From assembly GCA_002269645.1 (NCBI GenBank), contig NIVC01000232.1, forward strand, positions 195,684-259,683: DNA of 64,000 nt. The letters run 5' to 3'. Below are positions 25,765-37,500 of this stretch, piece after piece; position 1 is the stretch's first letter; each line of letters begins with the position of its first letter. Made by a program: the position numbers and the translations under genes. Below the pieces are notes generated by a model. That model made no database searches. It was not told the origin of the DNA and saw only the letters and a program-made list of their open reading frames with translations. Source of the DNA: Macrostomum lignano. Its lineage: Eukaryota.

Positions 25765-26603
25765 CACCAAGGGGCCACCAAGGGGCGCCAAGCACCAAGG
25801 GGCGCCAAGCACCAAGGGGCGCCAAGCACCAAGGGGCGCCAAGCACCAAGGGGCGCCAAGCACCAAGGGGCGCCAAGCACCAAGGGGCGCCAAGCACCAA
25901 GGGGCGCCAAGCACCAAGGGGCGCCAAGCACCAAGGGGCGCCAAGCACCAAGGGGCGCCAAGCACCAAGGGGCGCCAAGCACCAAGGGGCGCCAAGCACC
26001 AAGGGGCGCCAAGCACCAAGGGGCGCCAAGCACCAAGGGGCGCCAAGCACCAAGGGGCGCCAAGCACCAAGGGGCGCCAAGCACCAAGGGGCGCCAAGCA
26101 CCAAGGGGCGCCAAGCACCAAGGGGCGCCAAGCACCAAGGGGCGCCAAGCACCAAGGGGCGCCAAGCACCAAGGGGCGCCAAGCACCAAGGGGCGCCAAG
26201 CACCAAGGGGCGCCAAGCACCAAGGGGCGCCAAGCACCAAGGGGCGCCAAGCACCAAGGGGCGCCAAGCACCAAGGGGCGCCAAGCACCAAGGGGCGCCA
26301 AGCACCAAGGGGCGCCAAGCACCAAGGGGCGCCAAGCACCAAGGGGCGCCAAGCACCAAGGGGCGCCAAGCACCAAGGGGCGCCAAGCACCAAGGGGCGC
26401 CAAGCACCAAGGGGCGCCAAGCACCAAGGGGCGCCAAGCACCAAGGGGCGCCAAGCACCAAGGGGCGCCAAGCACCAAGGGGCGCCAAGCACCAAGGGGC
26501 GCCAAGCACCAAGGGGCGCCAAGCACCAAGGGGCGCCAAGCACCAAGGGGCGCCAAGCACCAAGGGGCGCCATCTGAGGCGCCAGCACCAAGGGGCGCCA
26601 TCT
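25765..26603 (-). repeat. 17-bp minisatellite (AAGCACCAAGGGGCGCC)n, reverse complement of the 524-1212 array, about 48 essentially identical copies
   Basis: Direct reading. Confidence 0.97.
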
Positions 26604-28081
26604 GGCACCTTTTATAAGCACACGCATAAGCAGGTCACGCAGGTGTATAGCATATTTTTCTTATATACAATATTGGATATTTTTGTGGACTCCTAGGACC
26701 TAGAGGCGTCTATCCGTTTAAATTGCAAAACTGTCTCTAGACTCTAACTCATAAAGATAATAGTGCAGAATACAAAATATTTATCATGAAGCAATAAATT
26801 ATAACACTCCAGTCTGTCTGTCTGTCTCTTCCCAGAAATGAAACTCTTCGAAGTGAATGAAGTCAATTTTTTCAACAATAGGCCACCAAGCGCCATCCAG
26901 GGTCCCAGACGAACTAAGAAATTGCTCCTAATATAATTTTGTTAGTCGGGTTCTCTTGAACTCGAAATTAAGCAATTTTAGTTCTCAAACCAAAGACAAA
27001 CTTTAGAAAGAGTCTTAAGAAGTCCCAAAATGCGAAGGAAAGCTGGTTCACCCTGCAATTAATCAACTTTGCTGCCGGAATTTTACAATTGCTAACACAA
27101 AGCCGCAGTCTAATAGGCTCGTAAACTTCAAAAAGCGCCTCCTACCAGTTGAAACCTGCATCGTAAAACTTTTAAGCAAAGCAAACCGCATAAATAAGAT
27201 CACAGAAGAAGATAGTTGCCCAGGCTTTTCGTGCTCCATATTGACGGAGTATTTTGATACTGTTGCACTGTCCAAATAGTCCAAAAAAGCCTTTATCACC
27301 AAGGAGACAGACGGACCCTTGCATCTCTACACTTGGTTGTCAACAAAGATTTAGTAAACTACCACCTGCTTTAACATAAAAGATGATTTCCCCAGGAGAC
27401 TCTTCCAGGACCCCAAGTCTGGCCCCTCGAAAATGATATTTCCTTCTAAGAAGATTGACGATGTTTCTCTAAGACCTGTGGGGCGGCGGGCCGAACAAAA
27501 ATGCATTGGTAGGGGCTAGACATACACACAGAATAAGATGCCGGCATCTCCTCTTTCGCTTTGGATTGGCTGCTGGGACTCTATACGGGGAGAATTTTTT
27601 TGTGAAAAGGAAAGAGACCGAGGCAGAAGGAGAGAGGGCAAGAGTGAGGAGTAAGCTTGGGGTTGGCTGTATCGCGACATTTGTAGATGCGTTTTGGTTG
27701 GCTGCCTGGTTTTGGGAAGCTCACAAAGCATAATGTAGCTTCTCGTATACAAGTCTCCACTGGCCTCCTTACAGAGCTTAATTGTGACAAGCTAACAATA
27801 AGAGAGGCGCACTGCTCCTGTTCCATTTAACCAAAACGAACGCATTTCTAAAGAATTTCTAAGCCCTCCAGCCAGCCGCAGCTTTTACAACAAGTCGGGG
27901 TGTTTAGGAAGCGACAATACAAAACAAGTGGAATTCTCTTGTCAACGAGGCGACAGACCCCAGGCCCCCGACAGACTATTCAGTGTCAAGCTATCGCTAC
28001 AGTTAAACACCACACAACAATCGCTGCTACAAAGAGAGAGACGGGGAGCTAGCGATCTTGCTACTGGCGCGAGAGAAGAAT

Positions 28082-28089
28082 TATAAAAG
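28082..28089 (+). promoter_or_regulatory. Candidate TATA box (TATAAAAG) of a proximal UNC5 promoter
   Basis: Matches TATAWAAR about 470 nt upstream of the ATG at 28559; a reverse CCAAT box (ATTGG, 27565-27569) lies further upstream. Motif match only. Confidence 0.35.
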
Positions 28090-28558
28090 GACGACAGAGA
28101 GGAGACCAAAGGAGCGAGACACATTAAGACACAGCTGGCTGCCTTTCAATAGATAACCTGCAGGATCCGTACAACATTTGCGAAGTAGCAGCGCATCATA
28201 GGTTTAGAATTTAGCTTGCTCCAACTTGAAGCAAGTAGCAGCCAAAAACCTACAGGCTACAGCTAATCTGTAGCGGAACTGCAGAAGTCAGCAACCAAAC
28301 ATTCGATACGTTTCCCAGGCTTCTAGGATCCTCTAGCTAGGAACTTGCGAATGTAACTCTTTATAATAAAAAGCTATATCGTAGCAGAGCCTGAGAGAGA
28401 GAGAAAGAACGACCGCTTCCATCCACTTCAACGATTTTCGAAACCCAAGCCGCCCCCTCAAAAATAAGACCCGAATATCCGCAAGATCCCTGACAAATCC
28501 GAATCGAAGTCAACCATCACCATCAGCTGATCAAGTCAGCCGGTCCAAGATCTTCAAA

Positions 28559-31500
28559 ATGCATTCTGCTGGGCTGTCAACAGCAGCGTGCACTCTAGTC
28601 ACCTTCCTGATCAGCTTATCGTTGTTTTCTGCAACGGCTTTGGAAAATAAAATTTCAGGCAATCAAGTGCCGGAAATCAGCAACAGGGAGGCGATGCTAT
28701 CGTCCGCACCAAAGCTGGTCATCCAGCCGCGGCCGTTGTACTACACCTCGGTGAAGACTCCGGCAGTGATCGAGTGCGCGGCAGACACGTCCTCATACGT
28801 CACCATCCTGTGCAACGGTCGTGTGCTCAACCGCAAGCTGGAGATCATGTCCGATCACGAACGGCCTGGTCGGCAGCGATTCTCGGTGCCAATCGAATTC
28901 GCCGACGTTCAACAATGGAAAGCGGCTGGCGGCGACGGCGAAGCGAGCGGCGAGGAGTTCTACTGCAATTGCGAGGCCTGGAACCACATACCGCAGCTCA
29001 ACAACACCCTGAGAAAGATTGTCAGTCGAAGGGCGCTGGTTCGTATGGCAGGTAAGCGACTTCTAGTTTAAACTTTAAAATGTACCTCGATTGGCTTGTA
29101 TTGAATCATGAATATCTTCAATTGATTATAATTTAATTAGCAATTCCATTATTTACGAAGAATTATGCATATTTTTTAGTAACAAATGTATTCAGTTACA
29201 AATTGTACCGATGAATCAAAGCTGAAGCTCCCTATTGACGATGCAAGTACTCCAAATAGAATTCACCCACACTAGGGCATTTCTAATGAGACTATGTACA
29301 TCGAAAACGTACAGACATTTTTAGCAATACATTTCGTAAAAGTCGCTTTAATATTAGGGGGGGGGGCAGAAATTCGGGTCACTAGTCGTTGATTTCTAAA
29401 TTTACTACTGGCAGAGCCATACAGGAAATGATTGCGAATTTGCACCTGCGCAAAATGGAGCCATAAAGCACAGGTGGCTTCGGGAATATTTTCGCGCAAA
29501 TTTCATCAAATCTAGAATAGTAAAATTGCAAGAAGATTGTGCGTAGAAGCATGGTGGATTAAGATTGGAATCGATTATTTCCGGTTCTATAGTCTATTCA
29601 AATGCGAATAAATGCTAGCGGGAAGGGGGGCGCTGAAAAGGCTATGGAATGCGCGTGTGACTGCACGAGGCTGAAGCGGAAAAGACAGACCGACAGAGAG
29701 AGGTCTGTTGAAAAAGAGATTTTGATGACAGAAGAAGCAAAGCAATAATCAAAAGAGAGAAGGCCTTAGGTCTTGCACGCATCCCTGGGCAATGACAGCA
29801 CGCTTGAGTTGAGCGAATAAATAGTGTATACATCAACATATATATTTAGTATTATTTAGCTTTATAATACTGCAGGCCTCTCCTTTAGTTTGTGCTCCAC
29901 TTGGGTCTGTTGCGCATCATTGAACAGTGGAGAAGGCTTCGAGAATGGACCCCCCCCCCACCTTAGCCAAGGGTAAAGGACCAGACTGAAGTGAACTCAG
30001 AGGCAAAAGATGATCGATTTTAGGGACGAAAGCGAGAAATCATGCCACGCTTTCGCGAAAAGAAAACTTTGAATCGAACCGTATCATTAATGGCATTGGC
30101 ATGCAGGTTAGTCATCATTTGATTACGCGCGTAGATCTGCTTAATTTTTTATGCATTTGAGTGCATTGCATAGGGATCTGCTTGTAAATTAAACAGCTCG
30201 ATTAAGATTCAAGTCGAGTGTTTAATGAAAAACACAGCGACAAGACAAAGCGGAGTGGGTAGAAGCTGAGCAAGCCACTTCAACAAGAATCTCGCTCCAC
30301 TCACTTGCTAGCAAACAGTCCCAAAGCCAGTGGAGAAGTGAAAAAGAAAAAAGGCAAAAAATTCTAGGCAAGGGAGGGTACTTTACTACGAGAACAACCT
30401 GACTCGGGCAATCCGTCCAGCCCTTTCCCTTGTGCAAACAGCTTATGGAATATTTCCTTCGCTTTTGCGTGTAATACGAGGATCATGCTGCCATGTCTTA
30501 GTCAGTCAGTCAGTCATTAACCATGCAGGGCCAAGTCAAGTCAAGCCAAGATACTCCACGGCTTTGAACAAGTGCTCGACCTACTCAGCATATAGCACTG
30601 CATAGCAGTCCTCAATTCCTAAAGCCATGCGCATAATAGGGTAAATAATACAATCGTAATTTATTAAGCATTGGGGTCCTAGTTGGCTTGTAGAGATGCT
30701 AGGCCAGTGGTATATGAAATAGACAGATGCAGATAGACAGAATGAAGCGAAATATTAGGGGGGTGTTGAGAGAGTGTGAGAAAAAAACCCGACAATTTAA
30801 GCTGGCTTGTCACGACATATGCACTCCGTACCTTCACCAACCATTGTTAGGTTCTTCTCTGGTCCTCTCTGTGATACATTCATTCTCTAACCCTTGCCTT
30901 ATTAAATGTGTCAGTTTAGCTCTGATGCTAATACGCTTGCATACATATTTATTATTGGCTTAGAATTTGCCAAATTGTATTCTTCAGCAGGGTGCGTGTA
31001 TGTGTTGTGTATTAATAAAAACGTATACCTGAGATGGGTAATTAGATCTTACTTGCCACACAGGGCAGGCCACATCTGAAATCTCGCATTGTTATGACGC
31101 TATTGTGCGCTTGTTTCTAATTGCCCGCGAAATTTTAGCTTCAGCTTTGCATAGGTGCAAACGATGATAGAATTACAGGTTGGGTTTACTAGCAGTCTAA
31201 GGCTTGAAATGAATTTTAAAGTTAAGGTCTATTTGAAGTTCATTTCAATAATATTGTCATTTAATATTTTCTACCGTCTCTCTTATTTGAAGCGTTCGAG
31301 TCTGACCGGTTCCAGTTCGACCCGGTGCCAATGAATGTGTCCAAATCTGCCAATAGCGTGATCCTGTCCTGCACTCCTCCGAAAGGGACGCCGAAACCGC
31401 AGGTAAGAATCATATGATGAGGATGAGGTGCTGGGAGGATGTCAGAGTTGCTAGGAGGATCTCAAAGTTTCTAAAAGGATGTCAGAGTTGCTAGAAGGAT

Positions 31501-34500
31501 GTCAGAGTCGCTAGAAAGATGTCAGAGTCGCTAGAAGGATGTCAGAGTTGCTAGAAGAATGTCAGAGTTGCTAGAAGGATGTCAGAGTTGCTAGAAGGAT
31601 GTCAGAGTAACTAGAAGGATGTAGAGTTTCTATAAGGATGTCAGAGTAACTAGAAGGATGTCAGAGTAACTAGAAGGATGTCAGAGATGCTAGAAGAATG
31701 TCAGAGTTGCTAGAAGGATGTCAGAGTTGCTAGAAGGATGTCAGAGTTGCTAGAAGGATGTCAGAGTTGCTAGAAGGATGTCAGAGTTGCTAGAAGGATG
31801 TCAGAGTTGCTAGAAGAATGTCAGAGTTGCTAGAAGGATGTCAGAGATGCTAGAAGAATGTCAGAGGTGCTAGAAGGATGTCAGGGTTGCTAGAAGGATG
31901 TCAGAGTTGCTAGAAGGATGTCAGAGTTGCTAGAAGAATGTCAGAGTTGCTAGAAGGATGTCAGAGTCGCTAGAAGAATGTCAGAGTTGCTAGAAGGATG
32001 TCAGAGTTGCTAGAAGGATGTCAGAGTAACTAGAAGGATGTCAGAGTTGCTAGAAGGATGTCAGAGATGCTAGAAGAATGTCAGAGTTGCTAGAAGGATG
32101 TCAGGGTTGCTAGAAGGATTTCCGAGTTGCTAGAAAGATTTCAGAGTTGCTAGAAGGATGTCAGAGTTGCTAGAAGGATGTCAGAGTTGCTAGAAGAATG
32201 TCAGAGTAACTAGAAGGATGTCAGAGTTGCTAGAAAAATGTCAGAGTTGATAGAAGGATGTCAGAGTTGCTAGAAGGATGTCAGAGTAACTAGAAGGATG
32301 TCAGAGTCGCTAGAAGGATGTCAGAGATGCTAGAAGAATGTCAGAGTTGCCAGAAGGATGTCAGGGTTGCTAGAAGGATGTCAGAGTTGCTAGAAGAATG
32401 TAAGAGTTGCTAGAAGGATGTCAGAGTCGCTAGAAGGATGTCAGAGTTGCTAGAAGGATGTCAGAGTTGCTAGAAGGATGTCAGAGTTGCTAGAAGGATG
32501 TCAGAGTAACTAGAAGGATGTCAGAGTTGCTAGAAGAATGTAAGAGTTGCTAGAAGGATGTCAGAGTCGCTAGAAGGATGTCAGAGTTGCTAGAAGGATG
32601 TCAGAGTTGCTAGAAGGATGTCAGAGTTGCTAGAAGGATGTCAGAGTTGCTAGAAGGATGTCAGAGTTGCTAGAAGGATGTCAGAGTTGCTAGACCTCTG
32701 AAAGACATGATAGAAAAGTGTGGTAGGGTAATTTCAGGTGTGCTAGAATAGAAACGGGGTCAGGGAAGAACCTGCCAGTTGTTTTTGAGCTTTCACTGAA
32801 GGGGAATGCGAAGCGCCATTCAGACAGACCTTAGCTCAGTCGCCAGACAAGCGACAGATGGCCCTCCTGAGGGGTGAATTTTATCGATGCTTTATGCCTC
32901 AGATGAGGATTCTGGCTGTCTGGACATAAATAATCCCCATAATTAATAGTTCGAGCGGCATAGGGGGGGGGGGGGCTTTCGGTCGATCGAAGCAAGGAGT
33001 GGATACACTTCTTCTGCCCGTCTGCTCCCCGAGGCCCTCAGGATCCGACAAGACAAAGACGGCAATACTCAGGAAACACAAATTTATTACCACCCCCATG
33101 TGTTAAATATTAATTATATATCGTTCTGTTTTGCTACACTCCGCTTCTCTCCCCGAGGATAAATCGAAAATTGAGTGCCAGCTAGCTTAGTCCCAACTCC
33201 GAAAGGAACCCCCCGTCGAGTCAAGTAAAGACTAGAAATTATCCTTGCGTGAGGCCAAGGTTTAGGTTAGGTTAAGGTGAAGATTGTGTCACCTTGCATC
33301 ATTTAACAGCTCAGCAGGGCGCCTCTTAAACGATTCGACGATGGCTTCTGGGGTTCTTTGGAGCCCCCTAGGTCCCCCCAAGTCTCCTAGACCTTTGCTT
33401 CCAGGTGCTACATAATTAGCAACAGTTCCAGTTTAAAGTTTTTTTGTAGTACTTACCTGTAACCTTTAACCCTGTCAAAAAAACCGTCATTTTGGTCAGG
33501 TGAAATGGTTAAAAGACGGCCAACCACTGGACATGGCGGCCCTGGGTGACCGCGTGACCATCGACCATCAGAAGCAGCTCATCATTCGGCCCCTGGAGTT
33601 GCACGACCGGGGCAACTACAGCTGCGTGGCCGAGCTGCCGGGTCTGCAGCTGCACTCCAGGCCCGCCGAGCTGTGGATTCGCGGTGAGTTGTGGCACTCT
33701 GCCTTGTCTAACAGGTGTAGCACTCCGTCCTGTCTAACAGGTGTGCCACTCTGCCCTGTCTAACAGGTGTGGCACTCCGCCCTGTCTAACAGGTGTGGCA
33801 CTCCGCCCTGTCTAACAGGTGTGCCACTCTGCCCTGTCTAACAGGTGTGGCACTCCGCCCTCAGTGGTGTGATTCAGGCGCGAATTCGCGCCAGGCGCGA
33901 AAATGGCGCGAATGCGCGAATCCTGGGGGTCTGGCGCGAAATTTTGTGGAACCATGGGCGCGAAAATTGCATTCTTATTTTCTGCTTTTTACACTTATTC
34001 TCTTGTCAGACAGTATGAAATACAAGAATGTCATAGCTTAGGAGATTAATCTAACAAACTGAGTTCAATCTCAGGCGTCAGCAGCAGAATGTGCAGAAGA
34101 AGAAGCAGAAGGAGGCAGAGAAGCTAGCTGAGCTCGTCTTGAAGCGCAAGGCTGCTGAGCTGCTGTCAACGTCGTCAATCACCAGCACGAGAAGTCGTCT
34201 GCCTGCAGACATCGCCAACAAGAAGTTCAGGGGGGACACGGCTGTGACTTAAGAGACATGCTAATTGGTAGCCAGACGCATCTTCAAAAGTGTCATCAAT
34301 TGACTTATTTGGCTATCAGTAGAATATTATTGGCATGGCGCGAAAATTTTCAGTCGGCTCGAAATTTGGCAAACTTTCCAATCACACCACTGTCCGCCCT
34401 GTCTAACAGGTGTGGCACTCCGCCCTGTCTAACAGGTGTGCCACTCTGCCCTGTCTAACAGGTGTAGCACTCCGCCCTGTCTAACAGGTGTGACACTATC

Positions 34501-37500
34501 CCCTGTCTAACAGGTGTGACACTATCCCCTGTTTAACAGGTGTGGCACTATCCCCTGTCTAACAGGTGTGACACTATCCCCTGTCTAACAGGTGTGGCAC
34601 TATCCCCTGTCTAACAGGTGTGACACTATCCCCTGTCTAACAGGTGTGGCACTATCCCCTGTCTAACAGGTGTGACACTATCCCCTGTCTAACAGGTGTG
34701 ACACTATCCCCTGTCTAACAGGTGTGACACTATCCCCTGTCTAACAGGTGTGACACTATCCCCTGTCTAACAGGTGTGGCACTATCCCCTGTCTAATAGG
34801 TGTGACACTATCCCCTGTCTAACAGGTGTGACACTATCCCCTGTCTAACAGGTGTGACACTATCCCCTGTCTAACAGGTGTGACACTATCCCCTGTCTAA
34901 CAGGTGTGACACTATCCCCTGTCTAACAGGTGTGACACTATCCCCTGTCTAACAGGTGTGACACTATCCCCTGTCTAACAGGTGTGACACTATCCCCTGT
35001 CTAACAGGTGTGACACTATCCCCTGTCTAACAAGTATGACACTACGGGTGTTTTATTTAAGTAAAATATTCTTTTGAGATTTGAACAAAATTATTCCTAT
35101 AAGCAAGCTATGATAGAAGCAAGATATGACCTTAGAAATTTGATAAATAAATTGCCTTAGATATAGATTCTGCGTTTACCCTGAGGCCATAAGACATATG
35201 AGTATTATTAATCTAGATGAAGCTACAGAGCCACAAAAAATGACATCAGTTAAAGTTGCAGATTCTGTAGTCAGTTCTGGCTCAGACGACCTCGCATCTA
35301 ACCGTTAGTTGCCAAGAGAAAAACATGACAGATAGGTTGGATAAGATATCCTGCAGCATGGCAGTCATAGTTCACAGTGAGGACCCTCTGCGGATAATCT
35401 GAAGATTATTGGATCAGAGATGCAAAGCAAGGATATAAAATCTTGGCCTTATGAAGATGATGTATCGTTCCTTACTGTTTTATAATTTTGTAAAGTATAA
35501 ATTTACTTTACAATTAAATAGTGGACTCTTTTTAATTCCTTTCATTCTCGGCTGCAATGTCCCATATTGGATAGCCTAAAAATGGCAATTTCCAAATCCA
35601 AAATGGCACCGTCTTGAATCCAAAAATGGTACTCTCCCGAATCTAAAAATGGCACTCTCCCAAATCCAAAATGGCACTCTCCCGAATCCAAAAATGGCAC
35701 TCTCCCAAATCCAAAATGGCACTCTCCCGAATCCAAAAATGGTACTCTCCCGAATCTAAAAATGGCACTCTCCCAAATTCAAAAATGGCACTCTCCCGAC
35801 TCCAAAAATGGCACTCTACCGAATCCAAAAATGGTACTCTCCCGAATCTAAAATGGCACTCTCCCAAATCCAAAAATTGCAGCCTCCCAAATCCAAAATG
35901 GCACTCTCCCGAATCCAAAAATGGCACTCTCCTGAATCCAAAAATGGCACTCTTCCGAATGTAAAAAATGGCACTCTCCCGAATCCAAAAATGGTACTCT
36001 CCCGAATCTAAAAATGGCACTCTCCCAAATCCAAAAATTGCAGCCTCCCAAATCCAAAAATGGCAGCCTCCCAAATCCAAAATGGCACTCTCCCGAATCC
36101 AAAAATGGCACTCTTCCGAATCTAAAAAATGGCACTCTCCCGAATCCAAAAATGGCACTCTTCCGAATGTAAAAAATGGCACTCTCCCGAATCCAAAAAT
36201 GGCACTCTCCCGAATTCAAAAATGGCACTCTCCCGAATCCAAAAATGGCACTCTTCCGAATCTAAAAAATGGCACTCTCCCGAATCCAAAATATAAATGG
36301 CACTCTGCGCTAAAATGACACGGTGCCCTTTAACCCGAACTGTCTCCAGTGGACGGTGGCTGGTCAGACTGGACCACGATGCGTTCCTGTCATCCCAGCT
36401 GCGACTCGGGCACCGAATGCTCCAGCGACTGCTTTGCCAAGAGCTCGGAGCGGCGCCGCCAGTGCACCAACCCGGAGCCGCAGTTTGGCGGACAGCCGTG
36501 CCAAGGTCGGGCGGTGATCTCTGAGGCCTGCGACGCCAAGTGTACAGGTGAGGCTGAGATATTAGTATCATTTTTCTATCATTAATCATAGATTGACCTA
36601 TAGTTAATCAAGTCTCTAACAAAGCTTCTCTAAGCTATCATCTAATCTCTACAATTGTTGATCTTATTTCTACCCTTGTTGATCTAATCTCGGGCCTCGT
36701 TGATCTAATCTCTACCTTAATTGATCTAGTCTCTACCATCGTTGATCTAATCTCTCTACCCTTGTTGATCTAATATGTACCCTCACTGATCTAACCTCTA
36801 CCCTCGTTTATCTAATCTCTACCCTCGTTGATCTAATCTCTACCCTCGTTTATCTAATCTCTACCCTCGTTGATCTAATCTCTACCCTCGTTGATCTAAT
36901 CTCTACCCTTGTTGATCTAATCTCTACCCTTGTTAATATAATCTCTAGAAAGACCCATGTTGATCTAAATTTCTATCCTCATTGATGGAATCTCTACCCT
37001 CAGTTATCTAATCTCATTTCAACATTTATTCATATAGACCAATCTCTTACCCTTAGATCTCTCTACCACACTCTTCTACTCTCTACTCTCTCTTAAACAA
37101 ACCCAAAACTTAAACTACTCCAGTCAACGGAGCCTGGAGTCCGTGGAGCTCCTGGAGCTACTGCGGTGAGGACTGCCGCTCGCTGCGCCACCGCTCCTGC
37201 ACCAACCCGGCGCCCAGGAATGGCGGCCGCACCTGCGACACCGACTCTGGCGCCCGCGCCGCCGCTGACAAGGAGGTCCGGAATTGCACAGACGGACAGT
37301 GCAAGAGTGAGCTCACTGTCTGCCGTCTGCTGTCTGCTGGTTCTGGCTCTGCTCTGCTAGTCTGAGTTGATCCCCTCTCTCTAACTCACCTTTCTCCATC
37401 TCCCATCTATCTCTCATCTCTCTATCTCCCATCTCTCTATCTCCCATCTCTCTATCTCCTATCTCTCTATCTCCCATCTCTCTAACTCACCTTTCTCCAT

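Noticed and set aside
25150-27400. Protein-like fragments on either side of the 25.8-kb array
   Set aside because: Multiple stops, no recognisable domain and no consistent splice phases.
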